Part shown: positions 1 through 11,322 of the stretch, piece by piece | Layout: every line of letters starts with the position of its first letter | Numbering within the stretch: position 1 is the stretch's first letter | DNA from: Candidatus Dadabacteria bacterium | GTDB lineage: Bacteria > Desulfobacterota_D > UBA1144 > Nemesobacterales > CSP1-2 | Assembly: GCA_963805855.1 (NCBI GenBank) | Contig: CAWDVW010000005.1 | Coordinates: 864,001 to 928,000, forward strand | DNA length: 64,000 nucleotides | Direction: 5' to 3' | The notes under the pieces: model-generated | What the model saw: only the letters and a program-made list of their open reading frames with translations | Database searches by the model: none | Told to the model about the DNA's origin: nothing | Program-made: the position numbers and the translations under genes

Positions 1-1212
1 CAGTATAGCATTCTCATTCACTGTGGGTATACGACCCAGCTTTTGAATCAACACTCCTCCAATCGTATCGGCATTTAAATCAGACAGTTCAATTTCCAGT
101 TTTTTTTCAACTTCGTCAACGGTGCAAGCGGCATCAACCTCAAAACTGTCGGCCCCTACCTTCATTATCGATGGCGCTTCAGTATCAAATTCATCCTGTA
201 TAGGTCCTACCAGCTCTTCAAGCACGTTTTCAATAGTAATCATTCCCGATACAACACCATATTCATCAACAAGGATGGCCAAAGCGGTGTGCTTTTTTTG
301 AAACTCGCGAAGTAGTGCATCCAGGGTAACGGTTTCGGGAAGGAAGGTAGGTTTGCGTGCAACATCGACAAGAGCCTTAATCTCTTCCCCCATTGCAAGA
401 GCCTGAAAAATATCCTTAACATGTACGATTCCAATGATATGATCAAGATCATCATCGCAAAGTGGCAGGCGTGTATGGCCGGATTCCGATGCTATTCGTA
501 GCTTTTCCTCCATCGTGTCATTCTTATCCAAATACACTATCTGGTTCCTGGGCAGCATATATCGACGAGCAATCTTATTTTCCAAATCCAGCACATTTTC
601 CATGATCAGGCGTTCGCCCGGGGTGAGGTGGCCCACCGCAGCCGATTCAAGAAGGATAGCCCTTACCTCATCCTCCGTATGTACTTCACCATGCTCAGAC
701 ATGATTTGGATGCCAATAACCCTCAGCATCAAGTTACTTATTGTGTTGAGGACCCAAATGAAAGGTTTGAAAATCTTATAAAAAATGACTAAGGGCATTG
801 AGATGAAATACGCGGTGGGTCTATGCTTCTTTATGGCTAATATCTTAGGTACCTGCTCACCGGCAGTAATGTGCAGCAGAGTAATTATGATAAAAGCTAT
901 AGGCAATGCTACAAAATGTACATTCTCCTCAGGGATACCTAGTGTGTTAAAAACTGGTTCAATCATTTTCGCTACCACCGGTTCGCCAACCCACCCAAGA
1001 CCTAAACTGGCAAGGGTAATTCCGAGCTGACAAGCCGATAGATAGGCATCCAAATCTCTAACGATCGCCTCAACTAACTTCGCAGTCTTACTTCCCTTGC
1101 GCGCTAAGATTTTTATTTCTTGTATTCTAAGCTTTACAAGGGCGAATTCGGCAGCAACAAAAAACCCATTTGCGGCAACAAGTGACAAGACTAATAATAT
1201 TTTCCAGAACAT
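1..1212 (-). CDS. Hemolysin-family/CNNM (DUF21-CBS-CorC) membrane protein, 3' end runs off the window
   Basis: Not in the ORF track. Manual translation from ATG at 1212 gives MFWKILLVLSLVAANGFFVAAEFALVKLR..., with later LGLGWVGEP, GHTRLPL and VDEYGVVSGMITIENVLEELVGPIQDEFD motifs; GGAG RBS upstream. Confidence 0.9.
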   Translation of the reverse strand, partial: MFWKILLVLSLVAANGFFVAAEFALVKLRIQEIKILARKGSKTAKLVEAIVRDLDAYLSACQLGITLASLGLGWVGEPVVAKMIEPVFNTLGIPEENVHFVALPIAFIIITLLHITAGEQVPKILAIKKHRPTAYFISMPLVIFYKIFKPFIWVLNTISNLMLRVIGIQIMSEHGEVHTEDEVRAILLESAAVGHLTPGERLIMENVLDLENKIARRYMLPRNQIVYLDKNDTMEEKLRIASESGHTRLPLCDDDLDHIIGIVHVKDIFQALAMGEEIKALVDVARKPTFLPETVTLDALLREFQKKHTALAILVDEYGVVSGMITIENVLEELVGPIQDEFDTEAPSIMKVGADSFEVDAACTVDEVEKKLEIELSDLNADTIGGVLIQKLGRIPTVNENAIL

Positions 1213-1791
1213 CTTACTCCTATAAGCTCGACCAATGAAATGAATTCATGGTTTTAAAAAATATAAAACTAAACAATCAAGTGAAAATAATGAATGAATA
1301 GATGGTCACATTTCAATAGTTTAGCATCAATCTGTAGAAATTCTTACCTTTAATGTCCCTTTAACTATTTTGTAAATTTTAAAAATCATCCTTGCTTCAA
1401 TTTCCCCAATAATCTATTCTAAAGAATTTTCACTCTAGCTAAGTCATTAAACCTACAACATTTCCTAAGTCGCAAGAAATATTATTAGACGATATAAAAT
1501 AGTCGAATTAATTTATAAGGTATTTTTGCAAAAGTCGAGGGAATGAACCAAATAACGACCCCAAAATAAATACATTTGCCAGATATGACCAATTTATTAG
1601 TTGACACAAGTCCACTTTGCAAACTCACGGGAAAACTAATGAATGTGGGAAATAAGTGGTAACCCCAATTTCGAGTACTTCTAACAAGAATCTAACTTTT
1701 CCTCAGAAAATATTGTTTTTTCTTATACCCATGACGCATCTATAAAACGCCAGACGGCTCAACGATGCATTGTAAGGTGCCCACGCAATTC

Positions 1792-4700
1792 TCAATTCTT
1801 CTTTATTCTCGGCTTCTTTGCTTTTGATCTTTTTGCTTTTGTAATAAGCCTATTCAGCTCGACTAGGTCAGGATTAAGCAACTCTTTTACACGGTCACTA
1901 TTGACTCCCGCTACAATAATATCGCCAATTTCAGTATTGACCTCGTCATATATGCCCAAAGCTTTCATACCCTTCGTTTGCTTCTGATTATCGTCGGTGG
2001 GGTTAACATAATGTACCGAATCACTTTTATAACGGTGAATCAAAAACAAGTGGATTAATGTCATTAAACGTTTCTTACGAAAATCCTCATCAAATGTATT
2101 TTGATCTCTAACAGAAAGAATATTTTTGCCCCTGAGATCCTGTATGGATCCAAACACAGCATTAGCCACTTTATTTTTCGACTCATCCAAAACACTCAAT
2201 TCCAATAAATCCGAGCCTGCTCTGTGCGGACGTAGTTCAACACGCAATGGCCCTCTAATCTTGTAGTATTCCGCCCAAAGCTCAAGCCAACCTTCCAGAA
2301 GTTTGGGTGGAACCTCTGTCTGGACCAGATGCTGATACTGTGTGGATCCCTTTCCCATGGCCTTTGTCGTTGCCGTACGCCCGGAAGTAGCCATAAGGGC
2401 ACCATCGGCACGGGGGCCACCAACGTAGGTTTGTGGTGTTTTATAGGGTGAATCAACCAACCTGAACTTTCTTTGTAATCGGGCCAGTGCAAGCATTCCA
2501 TCTTCCAGCAGAGCCCTTGAAAATTCTTCAGCAGCCAGTCCGTCTATTTGATGACCTCCGTAGGTGATAAAGTTAAAGACAAACCCGAGTTTTCCCAGCT
2601 CTTTGGGAAAGTTCGCCATTTCTTCATCGGTCATTCCCGTTGTGTCCCAGTTAAATGAAGGTGACAAGTTATAGGCCAACATCTTATCTGGATATACCCT
2701 GTGGATAGCATCAGAAAATTCCTTCGCATCAGCCAGATCAGCCGTTTTTGTCTCCATCCAGAGAATGTCGGCAAAGGGGGCTACAGCAATTGATTTTGCT
2801 ATCGCATATCCGACTCCGCCTTGGATCTGATAATAACCCTCGGGCGTTCTGGACAATTCACAATCCCACGAAGGGTCTATGCCCATCGACCTGGCCTTTT
2901 CACGGGCTTCATGTAATGAAACATTCTTAGCAAATTCGAGCCATTGGTTAATTGTCAAATCGTGTTGTCTTCCTTCTTCGATCTGGAATTCCATCAAATC
3001 TGCTACTGCTTCCCCAAATGTCTTAAGCCCTGACTCGACTTCCCATGTCTCGACGAACTTGGTCGCGACATTATCCAACGGCTTGGTGATGCTCCTTTCC
3101 CTGCCATCCTTTAAAGCTCGTACGTTTTCATCTATGTATGACATTAATCCCACTTGCTCAAACCACTTGTAAGCCTCTTCATATTCGAAATCGGACATCC
3201 TGTATAGCAAGTGACCATTAACATCCTTTATTCCCTTCTCATTAAAAGCCTTCAAAATTGCAAGATAACAATCCTTATAACCGGGTAGATTTGTTTTAGT
3301 AGCACCCAAAATAAAGGGATGATCCCGTTCATCACCCCTTCCGTCCAGTAATGCGGCCGCTTCAGCGTCGGTCCGAGCAACGATGATTCCAGGCACCTTC
3401 ATAACATCAAGTTGAAATCGTGCGGCATTCAGCCTTTTGATTTGTTCATCAACAGGCACGAGAGCCTTACCGCCCTGATGCCCGCATTTCTTTGTGCCCG
3501 GTTTTTGATCTTCGATGTGGTAACCTGCGACACCCGCTTCTACAAATCTCCTGACCAGGTTTCTGACATGGGCGTCACCACCGTGTCCTGTATCGGCATC
3601 TGCTATTATAAAAGGTCTGTAATCAAATTTTGGAGCAGTTTTACGTTCCTTGTCTGTCATTCTAGATCTCATGAATTTCTGATTCTTGTCTGCAGAAAGA
3701 AGGGCTCGAACAAGAGTAGCTGCTTCATCCGGCACCTGACTGAGTGGGTAACTGGCTAAATCGGGACCGGGATCCTCAGTTGTCGACCCTTTAGCGGAAG
3801 TTGCCCAACCTCCCAGATAAATCCCCTTTATACCTGCCCGCTTCAGCATCACTGCTTGGCCAGGAGAATATGGGCCAAATGTTGTAATCTGCTCCGCTTT
3901 TGAGAACAATTCCCTTAAAAGATTATAGAATTCTTCTGATGCCTTCCGTGCAATAGGATAGTCAGTTTCGATCGTTCCGCGCTGTTGCACCACCTGGCGG
4001 GCAGAGTAGAGACGAGTAATGCCCTTGAATCGGTGGCTGCTAACCCATTTTTTTGTTTCCAGAACCTCTTTTTCAAATGATTCCATTTCGTCTTCTGAAA
4101 TGGTCTCAGTTTTTCTGGTGGGGATAAAATCTAAATTCTCAGTAATCCTTGTCCCATCCTCTTTAAATGTATCCATGTACTGTCTAATTCTCCTTTTAGC
4201 TTCATATAAATCATGATTATTTAGATTAATATTCAAAAGGTCAATATACCAGGGTGCTTTGACATCATCTAAAACGTAGGTTTCAACAATCTCTCTGGCA
4301 ATTGGTAGGGTTGTTCCTTTTGAATCGTCGTGAACATCTTTATCTTTTGCATGCAGAAGTTTTTCGTATTCTTCAGCCAGTAACCTTCGAAATATGTCGG
4401 CAGTAAAAACGTCTCCCGCTTTTGACCCCGTTTCCGGATCATCCTCGTTTAGTTTCGCACCCTTGTGGACCCACTCCCACAATATGCTAAGACGAATTTC
4501 TCCTGTGGCCATATCTTCCATCAGATACAAGATGTCATCATTATTGAAAAAGTCGGCTGGCTTTAGCGCCGCTGCCTGAAATCCCTGACCAAACGCATTT
4601 CCATATTGCAAACCAACGCTCAAAAGATTTCGAGCTCCCCTAATCGTTCTGGGCGCCGGTTCGAGAAGCGTTAGACCATCAGCGTCCTCCTGAGTATAGG

Positions 4701-6051
4701 TTAGAGGGGGGAAAACTCTACCGAGCTGGTTGTCCTCTCCAATCCTTTCCCAGACCGGTCGAATAATGTGAACCATCCTCCAATGTGCTACCCATTTACC
4801 ACTTGCACCCTCTTTCTGCTCACGCATAGAACCCTCGACGGCTTTCTTCATACCGCTTGTAACACCCTCTTCCGAACCTACAGGAATGTTGGGTTCCATT
4901 CCACCCTGCCAAAGCGCAAAATTTCCGTTAATATCGGGCGTGTTTACAGCCCTACGGACCCTATCTTCGTAATTTCTCATGTAACCATAAGTCATTGTAA
5001 TAGATTCGATGTTGGGATTGATAAAATCTTTATCCCAGGTCATAGCATCAGCGACGCTGTTAATGTAGTCCCATCTTCCGGTATTGAATCCGACGAAATG
5101 TCTGTCTAAGGCGGCCCTAATTCCCATAAGCTGAAATGTTGCCTCAAGTTGTTCAACAAGAACATAGACCTTGATTGTGCCAACCGGGAGGTCAAGATGT
5201 TCTTCAAGAGCTGATATAATTTCATTCCAAAACGCCGCCTCCTCAGCCGTCTGGATCTTAGGCAGATACAATACTATGGAGGAACCCGCCTTCATTAAAT
5301 TCTTATGGTTGTTCACAACATACAGTGTCATATCGACAATTGAAGCCGAAAGAGCCACACCATTTTCATCACGGATATGTCTATCGTCTAAGTGTAATCC
5401 CCGGCAGCGGAATATCTTTGTTGTAAAATCTAATTGAGTGTTCCAATCTTTTATGATCTTTTTGCCGAAAAACCCTGATGACCATTCGTTCATCTCCCTT
5501 GCAACCTTCTCAGCCACTCGCAAAAAGATTGGGTCTTTTTGTATTGCCAATTTCAAATTTCTTTGATTGTCTAACGACATCGTGTTAATCTGACCAACGG
5601 CGTCTTCCCCATCAAACATCCAGCCATCCGCACCCGAAAGCAATCCATAGGCAACATTCCTTATGCTTTTTTCAATCGGCGAGTTCGGCTTGGCAGCCGG
5701 CCCCGTCCCCTGAATCCACTGTCGCTGCAAATCTTTTGGAATTTCCGGACCGACGAACTTCCCGTCTCTTGCGTCTTGCACCTTTATGTTGGTCCGAGGA
5801 ATATAGTCATTCGGATCCATAAACCTGATTCTGTGTCTATTCCGAGTTCTTTCCGCCCTTCTTTCGATTCTTTTTGCCATGACCATTTTTTGATCCTCAT
5901 TGAATCTAGCCAATGATGCCAAAGCGGTCATAACCTCAGGGGTGTATACATCAGGGTAGGAATTCTCGAGATTGTCTCGAATCTCTAACTCGCCATACCC
6001 ACTGATGACCTTAAAGGATCGATCATTTGATTTACGAACGATAGTCATCAC
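1792..6051 (-). CDS. aceB-aceA: Fused malate synthase (N-terminal) / isocitrate lyase (C-terminal, ICL2-like with extra C-terminal domain)
   Basis: Malate synthase motifs [32 protein letters not shown] motifs [25 protein letters not shown]; single uninterrupted 1419-aa ORF. Confidence 0.92.
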   Translation of the reverse strand: MMTIVRKSNDRSFKVISGYGELEIRDNLENSYPDVYTPEVMTALASLARFNEDQKMVMAKRIERRAERTRNRHRIRFMDPNDYIPRTNIKVQDARDGKFVGPEIPKDLQRQWIQGTGPAAKPNSPIEKSIRNVAYGLLSGADGWMFDGEDAVGQINTMSLDNQRNLKLAIQKDPIFLRVAEKVAREMNEWSSGFFGKKIIKDWNTQLDFTTKIFRCRGLHLDDRHIRDENGVALSASIVDMTLYVVNNHKNLMKAGSSIVLYLPKIQTAEEAAFWNEIISALEEHLDLPVGTIKVYVLVEQLEATFQLMGIRAALDRHFVGFNTGRWDYINSVADAMTWDKDFINPNIESITMTYGYMRNYEDRVRRAVNTPDINGNFALWQGGMEPNIPVGSEEGVTSGMKKAVEGSMREQKEGASGKWVAHWRMVHIIRPVWERIGEDNQLGRVFPPLTYTQEDADGLTLLEPAPRTIRGARNLLSVGLQYGNAFGQGFQAAALKPADFFNNDDILYLMEDMATGEIRLSILWEWVHKGAKLNEDDPETGSKAGDVFTADIFRRLLAEEYEKLLHAKDKDVHDDSKGTTLPIAREIVETYVLDDVKAPWYIDLLNINLNNHDLYEAKRRIRQYMDTFKEDGTRITENLDFIPTRKTETISEDEMESFEKEVLETKKWVSSHRFKGITRLYSARQVVQQRGTIETDYPIARKASEEFYNLLRELFSKAEQITTFGPYSPGQAVMLKRAGIKGIYLGGWATSAKGSTTEDPGPDLASYPLSQVPDEAATLVRALLSADKNQKFMRSRMTDKERKTAPKFDYRPFIIADADTGHGGDAHVRNLVRRFVEAGVAGYHIEDQKPGTKKCGHQGGKALVPVDEQIKRLNAARFQLDVMKVPGIIVARTDAEAAALLDGRGDERDHPFILGATKTNLPGYKDCYLAILKAFNEKGIKDVNGHLLYRMSDFEYEEAYKWFEQVGLMSYIDENVRALKDGRERSITKPLDNVATKFVETWEVESGLKTFGEAVADLMEFQIEEGRQHDLTINQWLEFAKNVSLHEAREKARSMGIDPSWDCELSRTPEGYYQIQGGVGYAIAKSIAVAPFADILWMETKTADLADAKEFSDAIHRVYPDKMLAYNLSPSFNWDTTGMTDEEMANFPKELGKLGFVFNFITYGGHQIDGLAAEEFSRALLEDGMLALARLQRKFRLVDSPYKTPQTYVGGPRADGALMATSGRTATTKAMGKGSTQYQHLVQTEVPPKLLEGWLELWAEYYKIRGPLRVELRPHRAGSDLLELSVLDESKNKVANAVFGSIQDLRGKNILSVRDQNTFDEDFRKKRLMTLIHLFLIHRYKSDSVHYVNPTDDNQKQTKGMKALGIYDEVNTEIGDIIVAGVNSDRVKELLNPDLVELNRLITKAKRSKAKKPRIKKN

Positions 6052-6303
6052 CAGTTCTCCTCACTCGTCTTGTATGATTTTTATGCTTTGAATAATAAGG
6101 CCAACAATTATACATATTATGCGTCTTATTTCCAAATAATTGTGTTATTAAGTGTATGTTATGAGAGATTTGTTGGCAAGCAGCAAATCTTTGACGTTGA
6201 CTCATTAATACTATTTTCAGTTGGAACTAGTAGTTATAGATAAAATCGCATATAATAGTTATGCAAATTGTAAACTTAGAAACTGTTGTATAAGGAGATA
6301 AGA

Positions 6304-6660
6304 ATGAATATTTATGTGGGAAATTTATCATATGAGGTCAGCGAAGAGGACTTACGATCGGCTTTCGAAGAATTTGGGCAGGTCTTGTCCGCCTCTATCA
6401 TAAAAGATAAGTACACTGGAGAATCAAAGGGATTTGGATTCGTCGAGATGCCAACTCTGGAGGAGGCTCAAGCTGCTATCAGTGCTCTAAATGGGAAAGA
6501 GCTGAAAGGAAGGGCAATTAACGTGAATGAAGCCCGCCCACGCACAGAAAAACGTGTTGGTGACCGAGGAGGAAGAGGAGGCTTTGGCAAGGGAGGAGGA
6601 GGAAGGGGAGGCTTTGGCAAAGGGGGAGGAGGCAGAGGAGGTGGCCGTAGTAGATACTAA
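6304..6660 (+). CDS. RRM (RNP-1) RNA-binding protein with Gly/Arg-rich tail
   Basis: MNIYVGNL (RNP2) and KGFGFVEM (RNP1); GGRGGFGKGG repeated; AAGGAG RBS before ATG 6304. Confidence 0.93.
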   Translation: MNIYVGNLSYEVSEEDLRSAFEEFGQVLSASIIKDKYTGESKGFGFVEMPTLEEAQAAISALNGKELKGRAINVNEARPRTEKRVGDRGGRGGFGKGGGGRGGFGKGGGGRGGGRSRY

Positions 6661-7255
6661 TCATCTGCTTACAATCTATTTAAAAATATCAAACAAGGCG
6701 ACGCCTAACTAGCCGCTTGAGATTGACCGGAAAGGCTAATTCTCTAACGGTCAACTTAAGTGTATTTACCGTCTCAGATACTCCAGGGGTATGTTAAATG
6801 TCCTCCTTGATATTCATCGCGTGTAGGTGCACAGCAACCCATTTGTGAGACCAGATACCTATTTGGAAGTATCCAAAATTCTTTCTTGAAATAACTAATA
6901 TTTGAAAATTGAACCGTCTTCCATGATATATTATCCAGATTCTAAATCCATATAATTTCGGCCTTAACATTAATTTTGATACTAATTAATGACGGAATGT
7001 TGGAATAGAATTTAATATTGATTGCTTATGGAAGCTATCAATGATATGCAGGAAATGACCGAAGAATAGAGGACGAGATGTTTCCGGGTTTATCCGGCTG
7101 AAATCAAATCCGTGTACAAAACACACAAGCGTTTTGTTTAAGGCTTAATCCCGTCATGTAAGTCTCATATAATATATAGATAATTGACCTACTCATAATT
7201 TAGATTATCAAGATGGGTTTTACTGTTAAACAATTCCTAAGAAGGAGATAGTGAA

Positions 7256-7684
7256 ATGAAAGTGATGACAAAGGCTGAGTATAAAAGGTTTTTGATCCAA
7301 GGGACAAAGACCGGCAAAATCGCTACTGTGAAAACGGATGGTAGTCCGCACGTGGTTCCCATCTGGTTTGATCTTGATCATGGGAATATAGTTTTTACGA
7401 CTGGTGGAAATTCAGTTAAAGCGAAGAATATGAGGCGTGATCCAAGGGTTTGTCTAACAGTGGACGATCAAACCCCGCCATACGCCTTTGTTCAAATTGA
7501 GGGAATAGTTAGCTTTTCAGACGACCTGAAAGAAATGTTGCACTGGGCTACTCGTATTGGCGGGAGATATATGGGTGACGATCAAGCCGAGGTATTTGGT
7601 AAGCGAAATGCCGTAGCGGGCGAACTGTTAGTGAGAATCAGACCTGCTAAGGTCATTGCCTATAAAGATGTAGCTGGCTGGTAG
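7256..7684 (+). CDS. PPOX-class (pyridoxamine 5'-phosphate oxidase-like, putative F420/FMN-binding) oxidoreductase
   Basis: ATVKTDGSPHVVPIWF and KAKNMRRDPRVCLTVD motifs; AAGGAG RBS. Confidence 0.85.
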   Translation: MKVMTKAEYKRFLIQGTKTGKIATVKTDGSPHVVPIWFDLDHGNIVFTTGGNSVKAKNMRRDPRVCLTVDDQTPPYAFVQIEGIVSFSDDLKEMLHWATRIGGRYMGDDQAEVFGKRNAVAGELLVRIRPAKVIAYKDVAGW

Positions 7685-7704
7685 TATTTGTAGTGGGAAT
7701 AAAA

Positions 7705-7800
7705 ATGAGCACTTCTAAGAATGGCCATGTAATAATTGTTGGTGCCGGACCAGTTGGTCTGACGGCGACTCTGGAATACCAAGCCAAAATTAAGCGTTAG
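7705..7800 (+). pseudogene. N-terminal remnant of an FAD-dependent oxidoreductase/monooxygenase
   Basis: Manual translation MSTSKNGHVIIVGAGPVGLTATLEYQAKIKR*: Rossmann GxGxxG followed by an early stop. Confidence 0.6.
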
Positions 7801-7928
7801 ATATTCAACCATATGTTCGATCGCACAAACCGGTTTACGATGTCTCACCGGATTTGTTGAACGTAACAATTTATATACAAACAACTACTTGTTTGAGGTT
7901 ATAAGATGTTACAATAACTACCAATTAA

Positions 7929-8279
7929 ATGGCTTATTACATCGTCAAGGTTTTCATTACGGCAATTTTGGTTGTATTGATATCAGAGATCTCCAAAAGA
8001 AGTTCACTAATCGGAGCGATATTGGCTTCTCTTCCCGTAGTTTCCATACTTGCGTTTATATGGCTTTATATTGATACTAAAAGTGTGGAAAAGATATCGG
8101 AACTCTCTATCGGTATTTTTTGGCTTGTAATCCCTTCCTTGTCGCTTTTCATAGCACTACCGCTTCTACTTAAATCCAAAGTTAACTTCTATGCAAGCCT
8201 GATAATTTCGTGTGCAATCATGGTCCTACTATATTTCACAATGGTTTTCATCCTAAAGAGACTAAACATAAATCTTTAA
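7929..8279 (+). CDS. Small membrane protein, DUF3147-like
   Basis: ISEISKRSSLIGAILASLP motif; about four hydrophobic segments. Confidence 0.75.
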   Translation: MAYYIVKVFITAILVVLISEISKRSSLIGAILASLPVVSILAFIWLYIDTKSVEKISELSIGIFWLVIPSLSLFIALPLLLKSKVNFYASLIISCAIMVLLYFTMVFILKRLNINL

Positions 8280-8648
8280 TTGTCATTTCGGTATTAAAAA
8301 AACCACCCTTGCGATATATGTATATTAGTCATTACGAATCCTGATCTAGATAAGGACGTGCTCGTCTCATCATCTCTTGTCCGCGTTAGATCGTGATACA
8401 GATTTGAAATGACAAATATCAGGCCGAATTAGATTTTTCTGTTCTGAGGTAAGTGAATAATAGGTAATGCTTTGGATAGACTTATGCTTATTTTAGCTCG
8501 AAGGGTTACTTCCTCGGTACTCTCTGATCAACAATGCCCTGACGATTAATCATGATCTGCTCCGCATTACCAAAACGAAGCTAAAACTAAACTATCCGCC
8601 CGTCACCAATATGTTGCTCTCCAACTGATGCGCTCCATAGTATGAGCT

Positions 8649-8810
8649 TTAGTCTAGATGAGAAAAGATCAACCGTTCTACCTCCTCACAGGGCATCCGC
8701 GTCGCTATGCCAACCGCACGCACTGCGCAATCACCACCTGCGTAGCCCTTGAACCCCGCCTCGGCACGCCCTCCATCATCATAGCGGAAAGCACATAAAC
8801 CCTGTCGCAT
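8649..8810 (-). pseudogene. Short/truncated ORF resembling phage-associated hypothetical proteins (DGGR..AGFKG...DC..RA)
   Basis: Manual translation MRQGLCAFRYDDGGRAEAGFKGYAGGDCAVRAVGIATRMPCEEVERLIFSHLD*; AGAGG RBS; locally GC-rich. Family resemblance is from memory. Confidence 0.45.
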
Positions 8811-9080
8811 AAGCAGAGTCCTCTAATTGGCCAAACCGAATTCCGCTACACCTAAGATTATACTGGCAACTACTACGCCAATCCCTAGAAAGATTGGTGA
8901 CAAGTATAGCACCCATCTCCAAAACGATATATTACTCATGTATCCCCTCAACTATACGACAGCATACTTAAGATACAGATTTATGGGACAAATTATCATA
9001 CGGACTTCGACGGTTCGCTCGTGTATATATAGGTTGAATGTTACAATCGCTTTCTTGCTCGATCGAATCCAACAGGTACT

Positions 9081-9168
9081 AGTAGCGCCAACATCTACTC
9101 GGTTACTTCAGGTCCATCTTTGTAAGATTTACCTCAAAATGATTCGCCTGCGAGATGCAGACGCTACT
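9081..9168. repeat. Degenerate inverted pair with GTAG/CTAC ends (REPIN-like)
   Basis: AGTAGCGCCAACATCT (9081-9096) versus AGATGCAGACGCTACT (9153-9168): 13/16 complementary. Confidence 0.45.
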
Positions 9169-9202
9169 TTTTATCCCTAAACGTATTTTTCTCGAATCCT
9201 GA

Positions 9203-9622
9203 TTATACTCTGAACGAGTTCAAATAATCGTCGAATAACGAAAATGCCTTCTCAAGATTCTTATGTGTAAGATCACGTGTTTCCCTTGTAAGCTTATCAG
9301 ACACTTTTCTTACAGCATTTAGATATTCCTTCTGAAAAGCCACGATACGGTCAACTCCGTCATCTAAAGCCTTAGAATTCCCATTTCCAAAAGGATTAAC
9401 TTCCTTTGGCAGGTTTGAATAAAATTCCTTCAAGGATTTCACGTAATCCTTTTCGGCATTGATCAGATAATCACCCTGGGTATTCAAAGACTTGACATTT
9501 TCTTCCCAGAGGGATACGGCAAATTCAAAGCCGTTCAGATAACTTTCTTTCACAAGACCAGTAAGTTCTTTTACCGGATTCGTAACGTCCTTGGATCTTT
9601 GAGTTTCCTTTTTCTCTACCAT
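9203..9622 (-). CDS. Hypothetical alpha-helical protein, possibly phasin-like
   Basis: 139-aa ORF, GGAGG RBS, amphipathic helical pattern; family call is tentative. Confidence 0.55.
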   Translation of the reverse strand: MVEKKETQRSKDVTNPVKELTGLVKESYLNGFEFAVSLWEENVKSLNTQGDYLINAEKDYVKSLKEFYSNLPKEVNPFGNGNSKALDDGVDRIVAFQKEYLNAVRKVSDKLTRETRDLTHKNLEKAFSLFDDYLNSFRV

Positions 9623-9825
9623 TTTACAGCCTCCTAAATAATTGATTTTGAATCTAATATAACAATTCTCAACGAATTGTCAAGGCTTGTTCTTCGCAAA
9701 TGCAAAATAACTTAAGTCTTAATTCTACTGCTATTATTAGGTGGTGAGAGTATGCTTATTGTATAAAGTACGCATATGCTAATTAACTAGCGATCTGAAT
9801 TTAAAGGATATTAAAAGTAAATATT

Positions 9826-10794
9826 TCATAATTTTGAACCTGGCTCGTAATCTAATCTCTCCAACTCATAATCGAGTTCTGTCTTGAGCCCTAGCTTGTG
9901 AAGAGCGTCGTTTGCTTCAGCAAGGCTTCCACATTCAGAGATGGTCCTAGCGGGTTTCGATATCTTCTCAAAGACAACTCTAGGCGACAAATAGAAGGTA
10001 ATAGTGGAAATAACCGATAGAGATACACTTCGCCTGCCGCTTCGGATGGTAGTCCTGTTAAATATTCCCTTTGCAGCTTCTACAGGCAGGCGGCTAGCTT
10101 CGGTAGGCACAATTTCAACTACTTTCTCGAGCTCTTTCAGTGTATCATGTGTGATACCCCAGCTTCCAAGAAGACCACCCTCCCTCGCTATTTTTCTGAT
10201 TGATTTTTCCAATTCGGGCATGGTGAGTTCTCCGTCGCAACCAAATCCAAAAACTCCCATCACCGTAGGCATTCTTTTTTCTAGCTCTGAAAGTGAGGCC
10301 GTCATTATTGCATCCGCCAGTGGACTCATAATCCCCGGCTCATTTCCAAATGCAATTGCGTCGCCACCAACATCAATCCCGACTATCAAATCAGCGTCTA
10401 ACTTATCAACAGCATCCAAGAGTCCCTTAACAACTTCTTTCGCACCACAGTTAATATCAACCAACAAAGTCTCTCTCCCGTAGAATTCCGCTATCCAAGA
10501 CTCTGCGAACCTCACACCAGTGCTCGTGGTTGTCTTTTGGTTTGTATACCAAACTGTATCGTTTATCTTCCTGGCATTTAGAGTTTCATGGAAGTTCCTC
10601 GGCCCCGGAACCGGATCTATAACAGATCTTTCCCAAGAAAGTCCGCCCATAACATTTTCAACTCCGAAGTTTTCTAGCAGTTTGGCGGTAGGAATCGTTC
10701 CAACAATATCTCCGCCACCACCTATACCTAGCAGTATAGCCCTCTTAGAGTTTTTGAATATATTTTCTAGTGTCCTAAATTTGTTCATTCTCAT
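9826..10794 (-). CDS. DUF1152-family protein
   Basis: GIGGGGDIVG, GIDVGGD, SPLAD, GCDGEL and TEAS motifs. Confidence 0.75.
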   Translation of the reverse strand: MRMNKFRTLENIFKNSKRAILLGIGGGGDIVGTIPTAKLLENFGVENVMGGLSWERSVIDPVPGPRNFHETLNARKINDTVWYTNQKTTTSTGVRFAESWIAEFYGRETLLVDINCGAKEVVKGLLDAVDKLDADLIVGIDVGGDAIAFGNEPGIMSPLADAIMTASLSELEKRMPTVMGVFGFGCDGELTMPELEKSIRKIAREGGLLGSWGITHDTLKELEKVVEIVPTEASRLPVEAAKGIFNRTTIRSGRRSVSLSVISTITFYLSPRVVFEKISKPARTISECGSLAEANDALHKLGLKTELDYELERLDYEPGSKL

Positions 10795-11322
10795 CCCTTA
10801 CAATTTCTGCCCTTTCTTACGTGGACCACATTCCTACTACATAGTCAAGATTGGGAAAGTATTATACCCCCGCAGCTTGATAACTGAAGAATCATGCAAA
10901 TTATTCTCATCCTTGTCCTTGACGATACTAATATAAGGATTGAGGTCTAACGATCGAAACAATGATTCTGAATCAGGACTTCGGCTTTTCCAAGAGCAAA
11001 AAAAGTATATTATCGGTGAAAGCGGGATCCTTAGTAATGCCTACGCTGATTAAATAGGCAAAAACAATTACCGATAAAATTCTGTTACTCTTCATTGTGA
11101 TCAGGCCTGCTAGAAACAATTTTCCTAAAGTACGGCGTTGGAATTATAATACGATAGAATTTAACTTGCAATCATAACTACCTTTTGCCATTTTATTTTT
11201 TGAAACATTAGATTGATAAGAATTAAAAAAGGATTCGAATTTGAATAAGGCCTATCGATGATTAAGACTAAATATGAAATTTCTTTCAATCAATTCATAT
11301 TGGAAACCAACAGGAGATAACC

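Noticed and set aside
1213-1791. AT-rich intergenic region examined for a riboswitch or ncRNA
   Set aside because: No convincing stems or known motif visible by eye; an Rfam/Infernal scan would be needed.
6568-6645. GGA-rich tandem repeat
   Set aside because: Encodes the usual Gly/Arg tail of RRM proteins.
8827-9180. 117-aa plus-strand ORF
   Set aside because: No RBS or motif, and it overlaps a degenerate repeat pair; probably spurious.
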